Source: an uncultured Phycisphaerales bacterium (lineage in GTDB: Bacteria > Planctomycetota > Phycisphaerae > Sedimentisphaerales > Anaerobacaceae). Taken from it: 64,000 nt of DNA. Below the pieces are notes generated by a model. It was not told where the DNA came from and did not search any database. It saw only the letters and a list, made by a program, of their open reading frames with translations. Each line of letters begins with the position of its first letter. The stretch's first letter is position 1. A program made the translations under genes and the position numbers. Where the stretch lies: the NCBI GenBank assembly GCA_963772725.1, contig CAVYYI010000003.1:1-64000 (forward strand). Reading direction: 5' to 3'. Of this stretch, positions 1-9,283 are shown piece by piece.

Positions 1-865
1 GGCTACAAGTGTATCCACAATCGCTGATTTAAGCTGGCAGGCAGGCTATTATGCCGCTTCGCACAATGTATATCTTGGGACTGTCGAGGCCGATGTAACT
101 ACGGCAACCACCGCCTCATCGGTTTACAAAGGCAACCAAAGCGGCTCAACTTATGACCCCGGTACAATGGCTGGGAGCACTACTTACTACTGGCGAATTG
201 ACGAGGTCAATACCGGCGACAGCAACAGCCCGTGGCAGGGAAATGTCTGGAGCTTTACTACTGGTACACTTGCTCTGCCTGGCCAGGCATCCTCTCCAAG
301 CCCGTCTAACAGCGCTACCGATGTAAGTGTAACCGCTGACCTTAGCTGGACGGCAGGCTCAAGCGCCACATCGCACGATGTGTACTTCGGTACTGTTTTT
401 GCCGATGTCAACAGCGCTACCACAAGTTCTTCAGTATTCAAAGGCAACCAGGAAAGCACTACTTATGACACGGGCACTATGGCCAATAACGTTACCTATT
501 ACTGGCGAATCGATGAGAAGAACGCAGTCGGCACAACCAAAGGTACTGTCTGGAGCTTTACTACTATTGTTGCAGCGCCCGGCCAAGCGTCTTCTCCAAG
601 CCCGGCCAATAGCGCTACCAGTGTAAGTGTAACCGCCGATTTAAGCTGGACGGCAGGTTCAGGGGCGACATCGCACGATGTTTATCTCGGAACTGTCGAG
701 GCTGATGTCAACAGCGCTACCACAAGTTCTTCAGTATTCAAAGGCAACCAGGCAGGAACTACTTATGACCCGGGTACTATGACGGGCAACACGACTTACT
801 ATTGGCGTATTGATGAGAAGAACGCAAGCGGCACGACTAAAGGTACCGTCTGGAGCTTTACTACT
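1..865 (+). repeat. Three intragenic ~300-nt tandem repeats
   Basis: Near-identical DNA blocks, e.g. gatgtcaacagcgctaccacaagttcttcagtattcaaaggcaaccagg at ~404 and ~704. Confidence 0.9.
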
Positions 866-1540
866 GAGAAAGTAACGCCGTCGTATGTCGCGGCAGGAAG
901 CGTGGCAAACGGCACAGGTGGTATAACACCGGCGCTTCCTTCGGGTATTGCCACAAACGACATCCTGCTGCTGTTCCTCGAGACCGCCAATGAGGCCATC
1001 TCGATTTCCAATCAGAATGGCGGGACATGGACTGCAGTTACCAACTCTCCGCAGGGTACCGGAACAGCCGCAGGTTCTACTGCTACCAGGCTTACGGTAT
1101 TCTGGTCCCGGTATAACGGCACGCAGGGCGCTCCTACCACATCTGATTCGGGCAACCATCAGCTTGGCAGAATTATAGCTATTCGCGGCGCTGTTACCTC
1201 CGGCAACCCCTGGGATGTTACAGCAGGCGGTGTTGAGGCTACGATGGACACCAGCGGCTCCATTGCAGGAGCGACTACAACGGTTGACAAGACTCTTGTT
1301 GTAACTGCCATTGCCACCAGTCATCCTGACTCGAGCAGTACGACAAACTTCTCAAGCTGGACAAACGCCAATCTGTCAAGTGTTACCGAGCGCACCGACA
1401 ATACCACGAACTCAGGCAACGGCGGCGGCCTCGGGATAGCCACAGGCGAGAAGGCAGCATATGGCTCTTACGGCAGCACGACTGTTACATGCGGGTCGAA
1501 TGCGTACAAGGGTATGATGAGCATCGCGATTAAGCCTTGA
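1..1540 (+). CDS. Large secreted/surface protein, 5'-truncated by the window; tandem ~100-aa Ig/FN3-like modules plus a Thr/Ser/Gly-rich C-terminal domain
   Basis: Frame is open from base 2 (ATSVSTIADLSWQAG...). Three similar modules ADLSW.AG..A.SH.VY.GT...YYWRIDE...G.VWSFTT recur at ~300 nt spacing. Confidence 0.8.
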   Translation, partial: ATSVSTIADLSWQAGYYAASHNVYLGTVEADVTTATTASSVYKGNQSGSTYDPGTMAGSTTYYWRIDEVNTGDSNSPWQGNVWSFTTGTLALPGQASSPSPSNSATDVSVTADLSWTAGSSATSHDVYFGTVFADVNSATTSSSVFKGNQESTTYDTGTMANNVTYYWRIDEKNAVGTTKGTVWSFTTIVAAPGQASSPSPANSATSVSVTADLSWTAGSGATSHDVYLGTVEADVNSATTSSSVFKGNQAGTTYDPGTMTGNTTYYWRIDEKNASGTTKGTVWSFTTEKVTPSYVAAGSVANGTGGITPALPSGIATNDILLLFLETANEAISISNQNGGTWTAVTNSPQGTGTAAGSTATRLTVFWSRYNGTQGAPTTSDSGNHQLGRIIAIRGAVTSGNPWDVTAGGVEATMDTSGSIAGATTTVDKTLVVTAIATSHPDSSSTTNFSSWTNANLSSVTERTDNTTNSGNGGGLGIATGEKAAYGSYGSTTVTCGSNAYKGMMSIAIKP

Positions 1541-1582
1541 TTTTGACGATTTGATTGACGATGTCAGTAAGATGTTTTTACT

Positions 1583-1617
1583 GCCCGGCGGCAAAAGTTA
1601 TGCCGCCGGGCTTTTTT
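1583..1617 (+). terminator. Rho-independent terminator
   Basis: 11-bp stem gcccggcggca/tgccgccgggc followed by T6, just after the ORF stop. Confidence 0.9.
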
Positions 1618-2142
1618 CGTTAAAGGCCAAAATCCTGTTGCTAAAGAGAGTTTTTTAACGCAAAAAAGCAATATCCTGCTATAAAACAGCGATATTTTGT
1701 CATACAATCAGGTTGTAATTATTTCATATATTCGCTACAATACACACTGTTGATTCAACAAGTAGAGGCGAAAAAATGATAGATAGGGAAGAATCGATAT
1801 TATTGAGTCATCTCAAATGCAGGATTCATCACTATGCAAATACCTTTTCTGAAAATCACAAGGCCTTGTATACGTACAGGCTGTCATTTTTATACGGAAC
1901 AGGTTCGGGACTATATGTGCATGAAATTATAAATACTGGCTCGGAAAGGAGGTGAGTAAAGGAAGGAAATAAAAGAGTGGTATCAATTGTGCGTAAGAAA
2001 CTCTGGAGTAATGGATTTGTATAAGGAAACGATGTATAAAAAATAAAATTTAATTGTAAGGAAGGGAATATGTATAATACTCCCCCAAAATCGGACCAGT
2101 ATATAAGGTGTAAGTTGTGGTATAATTCTATCGGATTATGGA

Positions 2143-2466
2143 TTGAGAAAGGAAGTACGAATTATGACACAACACAGACACTTTGGCAAAGATTTCAAGG
2201 CAAAAGTTGCAATTGAAGCCATCAAGGGTGAGAAGACCCTCAACGAGATAGCCTCTATGTATGAGGTTCATCCCAACCAGGTCAGCCAGTGGAAGAAGCT
2301 GGCCCTTGAGAAGTTGCCCGAGGCAATGGCAGACGGCAGAGGCAAGGATGTTCGTCAGAGCCAGCCAGTAGATGAGGAAAAGCTTCATCAGAAGATAGGT
2401 CAGCAGGCTATCGAGATTGATTTTTTGAAAAAAAAGTTGCGTCAATTGGGACTGCTCAACGAGTAG
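2143..2466 (+). CDS. IS3-family transposase OrfA (HTH)
   Basis: FKAKVAIEA...IASMYEVHPNQVSQWKK helix-turn-helix. A8G slippery run at 2428-2436; orfB lies in the -1 frame. Confidence 0.9.
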   Translation: MRKEVRIMTQHRHFGKDFKAKVAIEAIKGEKTLNEIASMYEVHPNQVSQWKKLALEKLPEAMADGRGKDVRQSQPVDEEKLHQKIGQQAIEIDFLKKKLRQLGLLNE

Positions 2467-2468
2467 AA

Positions 2469-3398
2469 ATGATAGAACATAACAATAGACAAATCAGTAT
2501 CCGCCGGCAGTGCTGTCTGCTTGATATCAATCGCAGCAGGCTGTATTACCATGCAGAGTCTATTGAGCAGGAAAATCGTAAAGTAATGGACTTTATTGAC
2601 AGGGAGTTTACCGAGCATCCTTTTACAGGTATCGACAGGATGGCAGAGTTTTTATACAGGAAGCACAAGCTTATTGTCAATCACAAGCGGGTTCGCAGGC
2701 TTATGCGTAAAAAGGGTTTAATGGCCTTATATCCCAGGCCCCGCACAAGCTGTCCTGCTGCTGTTTATATCAAATATCCCTGCCTTTTGAATACTATGGC
2801 GATAGATGTTACCGATGCTGTCTGGTGTTCGGATATTACGTACATTCGGCTCAAAGGCGGCTTTATGTACCTTGTGGCGATAATGGATTACTACAGCAGA
2901 TATGTATTAAGCTGGTCTGTATCGAACAGTCTGGAGTCTCTGTTTTGTATAGATGCACTGGATGAGGCGTTGTCAAAATCCCGGCCGCTGATATTTCATT
3001 CGGATCAGGGCAAACAATACACCAGCACAAAGTTTTTGGATACGTTGAAGGCTGGCGATATTCGAATCAGTATGAGCGGTAAGGGTCGTTGTTTCGATAA
3101 CATACTGGCGGAGCGATTATGGCGGACGGTCAAATATGAGGAGGTCTATTTGAAGGAATACAGCGATGGGCATGATTTGATAAAATCGCTGAGGCGGTAT
3201 TTTGATTATTACAACAATGACAGGCCGCACAGCAGCTTGGATTATAAGACACCTGCGGAAGTATATTTTAAGGAGCTGACCGCCGATTCGCTTCGCTGTG
3301 CTTGCTTTGGAGCTGCGCTACGCGAATCGGCTGGCACAGAGAAAATCGGCACAACTTACACCAAATACAAGGACAAAATTGGTCTTGACAATGGGTAG
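2469..3398 (+). CDS. IS3-family transposase OrfB (DDE/rve), probably fused to OrfA by -1 frameshift
   Basis: WCSDITYI, IFHSDQGKQY, DNILAERLWRTVKYEE and YYNNDRPHSSL motifs. Confidence 0.92.
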   Translation: MIEHNNRQISIRRQCCLLDINRSRLYYHAESIEQENRKVMDFIDREFTEHPFTGIDRMAEFLYRKHKLIVNHKRVRRLMRKKGLMALYPRPRTSCPAAVYIKYPCLLNTMAIDVTDAVWCSDITYIRLKGGFMYLVAIMDYYSRYVLSWSVSNSLESLFCIDALDEALSKSRPLIFHSDQGKQYTSTKFLDTLKAGDIRISMSGKGRCFDNILAERLWRTVKYEEVYLKEYSDGHDLIKSLRRYFDYYNNDRPHSSLDYKTPAEVYFKELTADSLRCACFGAALRESAGTEKIGTTYTKYKDKIGLDNG

Positions 3399-3409
3399 GG
3401 GTTCAATGT

Positions 3410-5504
3410 ATGAAAAACTCTATGAATAAAATTAGACCAGGGCTTTTGTTAATAGCGATATTAACATTGAGCTTTGGGGGAACTGTATTGTGTCAGGCAG
3501 CAACCATATATGTATCTACATACGGTGCAACACCCAATGACGGCAGTGATGACACAAGTGCAATAAACTCTGCCATTACCGCTGCGGCTTCAGGAGACAT
3601 TGTCTCTTTCAGCGCCGGAACGTATGACCTGATAACCCCGTATGATACTTCTCGTTTTATCAAAGTCAGCAGTAAAACCAACATCACTCTGCAGGGTGCA
3701 ACAACCAGCGGTGTTCCCACCACCAAATTATTGCGTCACGTCACCGTTGAGAATATGTCCGACCCGCCTCGAACAGTCTATATCATTCAGGGTTCGGATG
3801 TTACTCTTAAAAATTTCATCATTGACAATTCGCCTCATCTCTGTACTTCCGGCGTAATTACTTATAAAGCTGCAGATGGCAAAACCCTAAGGGTACAAAT
3901 CTACTCCGGATTGCCCATGGTATCAGGAACTGCATGTTATTCAGCTAATGCATGGGAGCAGAGTTATCCCAATTTGAAAGAGGTCGCTTCTTTAACCACT
4001 ACAACTTCCCCTGCAAACTGGACCATTTACGATTCACCGAATCGAATAATGCAGTTATACAATGCCAGCGGCCTGAGCTTTATCGGTGACGTCAGTGTGA
4101 ATGACCGCATGTCATGGCATTACGGATGGAATGGAAGCTCTCAAATGGAAGTTGGAAAAACCGATGGCCTGACTTTTGAAAATTTGATAATTCGTAATGC
4201 GATTAATATGGCTATTCTTATAGGCGCAGCAACAGATATCACATTAGAAAGTATAACCATGGAGCCGGAAGGCAACCAATTACCGGTAGGCCCGCGTGAC
4301 GGTATTCATCTGTCGAGATGTGCTGGTTTTGTTGACGCCAATAATCTGAACATCAATGGTGTCCGTCTGGACGGTTTTGTTGTTCATACCCCTTATGCTG
4401 AAATAACAAGCAAAACCGATTCAACCCATTTCAGAATATTGACAGAAGTAACAACATTCGGTCAAACTATCGCCAGCGGCGGCGAGCTTGCTATCTTCAG
4501 TTCTGCAGGAAACATTTTTAATAGAGTTATAAGTTCGGCGACCTGGGTCTCAGATGCAGGGGACCCCGGCAGTTACTATGACATTGTTACTACTGCCGCT
4601 CTGCCAGATTGGGCCGTCGTAGGCACTGCTATGACAGTTGATGGCCTGAAGCCGTCCAGTGTCAGTATTACCAATAGCTCATTTAAAAATTTAGCAGGTG
4701 GCGCCATGGTAATTCTTACAGATGACGTCACTGTTGACAATGTTGACTGCACTAAAATTATGTATCCTGCCATCCATATTGGAGACGATCCTGGCACAGG
4801 TTCATGCGGAAGTGATATCATTGTGCGCAACAGTAAGTTTGACCATTGTGGATGGATACCCAGTTTGACGACAGGTCTGCCGGGGATAATCACTTTGTTT
4901 AACGCACACGAGGTATACACTGAACCCAAGCTGAATACCATTACTATCGAGAATAATACATTCAAAAACCAGCTTACGAGCAGTACCTACCCTTCGATTA
5001 ATGTTTATGACACTAATATTGTCACCATTTCAGATAACCTCTTTGAGAATGTGTATAAAGGGCTGAAAATTGATACAGCAACAACATCTCACTACAGTAT
5101 CTCCGGCAACACGGTTGTTATCGACAATACCAATAACTCACAAACTTATACGGAGGTATCAGGTCAATTTAACGACAGCGGCATTACGGGTTATAATGGT
5201 TCATCGACAAGGTGGTCAGGAACAGCAGGCAAAAGCCCAGTGGACATTTATTTGCCCCAAGTCAGGCACCTATGACGTTTATATCTACAAGATTCAGAAT
5301 GCTAATTCGGATCCCAATGCCAAAATTTCTACAACGTATTCTGGCGGAACCGATGTCGATTATGTGAATTACACAACCGGCAGTTCGGGCTGGGTTTTAC
5401 TTGGAAATCACAGCTTTACAGGTCAGAGTACCTACACTATTACCAATCAGAGCAACGGCCAAGGATATCTACGCTCCGATGCGGTAGAATTTGTGCAGCA
5501 TTGA
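3410..5504 (+). CDS. Secreted right-handed beta-helix carbohydrate-active enzyme (GH110/pectate-lyase-like fold) with a C-terminal golvesin/Xly-type CBD; one frameshift near 5240
   Basis: Signal peptide; YGATPNDGSDDTSAINSAI start typical of beta-helix enzymes; PRDGIH motif. The other frame (5070..5504) gives SGTYDVYIY...GWVLLG...LRSDAVEFV. Confidence 0.65.
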
Positions 5505-5561
5505 TGCAGAATAAAAACTCCTGGCTGAACAAAATTCTGTTTTTGGTGAAGATTAGAACCA

Positions 5562-5600
5562 AAAAAGCGTGGCGGCTATTGAGGCCGCCATGCCTTTTTT
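5562..5600 (+). terminator. Rho-independent, possibly bidirectional terminator
   Basis: A-run, stem gcgtggcggc/gccgccatgc, then T-run. Confidence 0.75.
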
Positions 5601-5826
5601 CCAATTTGTTGTTTATGGCACTTAATTTGTATTTAAAAATAGCCTTACAAACAGCACGTTTTATTGTTTGTTGGTTAAAAAAATGTATTCAAAAAAAGCC
5701 TATTAACTGGCAGGCCGCTGGCAGTTGACTGAAGATTTACGCTTTTTCACGTTTTGAGCCTATTTTTGATTAACGGCATGCAAGAGCCTAAATTGTAACT
5801 ATTTTTGCTGGAAAGACTTAAGGCAC

Positions 5827-5901
5827 TCGGGGTGATAGGATTCGAACCTACGGCCTCCTGGTCCCAAACCAGGCGCTGTAGCCAAACTGAGCTACACCCC
5901 G
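5827..5901 (-). tRNA. tRNA-Pro(TGG)
   Basis: Reverse complement cggggtgtagctcag...cctgg-tt-TGG-ga-ccagg...ggttcgaatcc...caccccga; CCA not encoded. Confidence 0.95.
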
Positions 5902-5913
5902 TAACATCGGAGC

Positions 5914-5942
5914 ATTCTATACGAAATTTCCGGCTAATGCAA
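5914..5942 (-). promoter_or_regulatory. Sigma70-type promoter of tRNA-Pro
   Basis: Minus strand TTGCAT-N17-TAGAAT directly upstream of the tRNA. Confidence 0.6.
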
Positions 5943-6017
5943 TAAAATCATCCTGCCGATAAGTTTTTTAAGTTATTTTATTATCCTGAGTTACCGCGTT
6001 TTCAGCGGAAAAAAGGC

Positions 6018-6046
6018 TTGCAAAACCGGTGTCGGTTATGTATAAT
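6018..6046 (+). promoter_or_regulatory. Sigma70-type promoter
   Basis: TTGCAA-N17-TATAAT upstream of 6091. Confidence 0.65.
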
Positions 6047-6090
6047 ATCAGTATAGACAGCTATTTAGCTGTAAAAAACACGTGTATTAA

Positions 6091-6541
6091 ATGGAAACTA
6101 TGATATCGCAAACCGAAAAGCGGTGGTTGCTGTTATCGCTGTGTGTTATCGGCGTGTTGTGCCTTTCTATATTGGGTAAGATGTACAGCCCGGCAAAAGC
6201 CCAGGCGGAATTTGTACGGTTAAGCGATGGCAGCGTCCAGGTTATCCCGCTTATGATAGACCGTGACCGCTACGGTATTGCGATGATGGATACTGCCGCT
6301 CAAACATTGTGGATTTATGAGCTGGACAACCGTGCCACAATCGGCGGGAAGATTGAAACTTTTAGCGGCAAGAAGCTGGCGGTATGACAGGCAGCTTGAG
6401 CAGTATAATACGGCTGAACCAAAGCCCGAACAAATAAAGGCTTTGCTGGAAAAGCTCGGTCAGCAGCAGATAAAACCGGTGATTGCAGATGCAAACGCTC
6501 CGCAAAACACTGACGCGAACAATGTGCGTTTGGAAAAGTAG
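6091..6541 (+). CDS. Hypothetical exported/membrane protein; frameshift near 6340
   Basis: N-terminal hydrophobic segment; overlapping ORFs 6091..6387 and 6317..6541 join to give ...LWIYEL...RLKLLAARSWRYD. Confidence 0.6.
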
Positions 6542-6610
6542 TGCAGGAGAAAGGTGATTTCAAACAAGCCGAAGATTATTTATATGAATCGGCTTAAAGG
6601 AGAATAACTT

Positions 6611-7648
6611 ATGGCTGGTATGTTTTATTCATTAAAGGAAGTTGTCGAAAAGCTAAAAAAGACGGAGTCGGAAATAAAAGAAATAGTCCACGCCGGCAAA
6701 CTGCGTGAGTTTCGCGATGGCGCTAACTTGCTTTTTAAAATTGACGAGGTCGATGCTTTAATAGTGAAAAAAACCGCTGAATCTCCTGCCGAACAAGCAA
6801 AGCCAGAAGAAAAACCGGAAGAAGAAATCGAGATTTCTCTTGCGGCGGAAACAACTCAACAACCCGCTATAGAGAGTGAAATGTCCGAGGCTGACACTGT
6901 CATGGGCGAACACGACCTGGGCATACTCGAGGAAACCAAAAACGAAATAAAATTAAGCAGCGAATCAACCTCAAAAATTGAAATTCCCGAGGAAACTCTC
7001 AAAGCTGAAACTACAGCAATGCCTGCCTTTACGGAAGACCTGAAGGAAAAAACCAAAGGTCTTTCGGCTTCAGCAACGCCCGCTGCAGGTGAACCTTCGC
7101 TGGAAGAAATAGAAGAGGATGTAAACCTGGATACATTCGGCAGCGGCTCTGGATTACTTGACTTGTCTCTTCAGGCCGATGATACTTCTCTTGGCGGTAT
7201 TCTCGACGAGATTTATACCCCCGCCGGCAAAAACGGCAAAGAGGCCGTTGCAGAGCCGAGTTCTGTTATGGAAATGCCCGCGGACGCTGAGCAAATGCTT
7301 GCGGAAACACCGCAGGCATCTCTGGAGGCTGCCGCTATATTACCCCAGGGTTATATAGAACCGGAGCCGGACACTATCAGCAACGCTATGGGCATTATGA
7401 TGTTTATACCAATTCTCGCGGTTGTTTATACAGCAATAGTGGTGATAGCCAGTTTCAGTAGTGTAACCCCTGCAATACTCGAAAAGGTTCGCGACATAAT
7501 CTGGTATATCATGATTGGCATGGCAGTTGCCTCTCTTGCGATTGTCGGCGTTGCGTATATGATGAGCGGTGAAAAAGCACCTAAAAAACCAAAAGAGAAA
7601 AAAGAAAAACCGCCCAAAGTAAAGAAAGAAAAGAAAGCCCAAAAATAG
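6611..7648 (+). CDS. N-terminal HTH (excisionase/MerR-like) protein with long acidic linker, two C-terminal TM helices and a Lys-rich tail
   Basis: MFYSLKEVVEKL...GKLREFRDG...FKIDEVD; Glu-rich middle; two hydrophobic helices near the C-terminus; RBS aaggag. Confidence 0.75.
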   Translation: MAGMFYSLKEVVEKLKKTESEIKEIVHAGKLREFRDGANLLFKIDEVDALIVKKTAESPAEQAKPEEKPEEEIEISLAAETTQQPAIESEMSEADTVMGEHDLGILEETKNEIKLSSESTSKIEIPEETLKAETTAMPAFTEDLKEKTKGLSASATPAAGEPSLEEIEEDVNLDTFGSGSGLLDLSLQADDTSLGGILDEIYTPAGKNGKEAVAEPSSVMEMPADAEQMLAETPQASLEAAAILPQGYIEPEPDTISNAMGIMMFIPILAVVYTAIVVIASFSSVTPAILEKVRDIIWYIMIGMAVASLAIVGVAYMMSGEKAPKKPKEKKEKPPKVKKEKKAQK

Positions 7649-7842
7649 TAAACCGTCATTTGCGAAACTCTTAACCCGCGTATTTACCGCCAAAGTCGCA
7701 GAGTTCGCGGAGATAATTCGTTTCATGTATCTCAGTATTCGTATCTCGAAAATACTCTTTCGCAAGATACGCTTTACGTTTTCCATATCGTTTTTCCAAT
7801 TTTTAATTGACCAAAGACCTTACAAATGTTAAGTGATATGAT

Positions 7843-8064
7843 ATGTCTAAGATAAAATCGCAGATTGACGGGAAGCAAATGTTTCTTGGAGTTTTATTTA
7901 TAGCAGGCGGTATCCTTTGGATTTTCGCTCCCATTATAAAATCGTTAAGCCTTGATCGTATTATTAATATTATATTAGGTATTACGCTGGTTATATTAGG
8001 GGCTTCTTTTATTTGGAGTGCAACGAAAGATTTAAGAAAAAACAAAGAGAAAAATAAGGAATAG
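7843..8064 (+). CDS. Small two-TM membrane protein
   Basis: 73 aa with two hydrophobic helices and a basic tail; AT-rich. Confidence 0.55.
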   Translation: MSKIKSQIDGKQMFLGVLFIAGGILWIFAPIIKSLSLDRIINIILGITLVILGASFIWSATKDLRKNKEKNKE

Positions 8065-8101
8065 AGACGAGATACATTTCACGGACGATGCTTCACATTT
8101 T

Positions 8102-9283
8102 TTACGCGTATTGATTTCTTATATCGGCAATCAATTTAAGCATTTGCTCGGCCTGAGTTTCAATTTGACGATTGCGGTTGGTTACTCTGGCATTCCATTT
8201 GCGGTACTCTTTACTCAGTTGGCGGCAAATCTGGTCTTTATCCATATCCAAAGTGATGCCCAGACTGATTTCCAGGTCTGCTGCCTCATATACGCTTACA
8301 GGAAGAATATTTTCAACCATGGTGCGAAACTTCTCCCGATGAATTCCCATCCAGTCGGCTAAATTTTTCAACAGAGTTAACTGCTTATCCGAGGTAATTC
8401 CGTCTGCACAGGCGACATGCAGACAAAAGTCCAAGATATTACAGCGAACTTTAAGAGGTGTGGTCTTTGCGATTCTCTGGCAAATCTGATAACCATAGAA
8501 CGCATTGTAAGCGATGACCCGGCCTAAAAGCTTATAAAATTTGTTCCTGATTTTATTATGCCATTGAGACGCAGCGATATTATTTTTTGTCCAGTTTTGT
8601 ATAATTTTAGATTCGCGATTGGATATTTTCCCATCCGCCGCCGCTGTCGCAAAGGCAAGTAAAACAGCTTTATTGTTTGCCTGTTTAATATTCATCTCTG
8701 ATTCGGCATGCCCTGGTGAGGTATTTTTGTAGATAAAATTGTATGCCGCACAAGCAAGTTCCTCGCCATCCTGAGAAGATAATGATGTTATGAACCTTAA
8801 ATATATTATTCCTTTTCGCGGAAATATCAGGCAGCCAGCAGGTATTTTGGCAATTGGCGCCCAATCTGATAAGACGGTATCGCCATCGGGAAGTCTTCCC
8901 AGTTTGGCGGTATAGCAGAAATTCTGCGAATTTTTAATTTGCCACTTCTCGATGGGCGTACATATCGGGATGGCTTTTTGCATCCCCCTGGTAATATCGG
9001 CAATAGATATATTTACGATTGTAGACTCACATCCGCCTGATGCGTGAATAGTGCCGCAGATTTCAAGACTGAAACTATCTAAAGTCGTATCATCTTTCCT
9101 GTCTTTTATCAGTCTGACACGACAATTAAGCTCTTTCAGTTTGGGCTGAATACAAGATTGTGGGCTTTGCTGAATGAACAATTTCGAGTTGGCAAAATAC
9201 CTGTACTCTTTAATTACCTGAACAACAGCCGCTGCCATCGCCGCTGCAATTAAAACTAAAACTGGGGTAACAATATCGCTCAT
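8102..9283 (-). CDS. Membrane-anchored TerB-domain protein with a degenerate C-terminal J-like domain (DjlA-like)
   Basis: N-terminal TM; TerB motifs AAADGKISNRE and VACADGITSDKQ; tail LGITLDMDKDQICRQLSKEYRKWNA...QAEQMLKLI resembles a J-domain without HPD. Confidence 0.7.
   Translation of the reverse strand: MSDIVTPVLVLIAAAMAAAVVQVIKEYRYFANSKLFIQQSPQSCIQPKLKELNCRVRLIKDRKDDTTLDSFSLEICGTIHASGGCESTIVNISIADITRGMQKAIPICTPIEKWQIKNSQNFCYTAKLGRLPDGDTVLSDWAPIAKIPAGCLIFPRKGIIYLRFITSLSSQDGEELACAAYNFIYKNTSPGHAESEMNIKQANNKAVLLAFATAAADGKISNRESKIIQNWTKNNIAASQWHNKIRNKFYKLLGRVIAYNAFYGYQICQRIAKTTPLKVRCNILDFCLHVACADGITSDKQLTLLKNLADWMGIHREKFRTMVENILPVSVYEAADLEISLGITLDMDKDQICRQLSKEYRKWNARVTNRNRQIETQAEQMLKLIADIRNQYA

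Larger units (their letters stand above)
2075..3405 (+). mobile_element. IS3-family insertion sequence with 5-bp TSD ATGTA
   Basis: Imperfect terminal IRs (taatactcccccaaaatcggacca vs reverse complement of right end tgaacccctacccattgtcaagacca). ATGTA at 2070-2074 and 3406-3410. Contains orfA and orfB. Confidence 0.85.

Noticed and set aside
1..865. Possible CRISPR-like array
   Set aside because: The repeats are ~300-nt in-frame coding modules without spacers. No CRISPR array or cas gene is seen in the window.
3282..3331. 10-bp-stem hairpin as an independent element
   Set aside because: It lies inside the IS3 3' region; most simply an IS-internal structure.
1..5830. Genomic island integrated at the tRNA-Pro 3' end
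   Set aside because: No integrase or duplicated tRNA end is visible within the window, so it cannot be supported.
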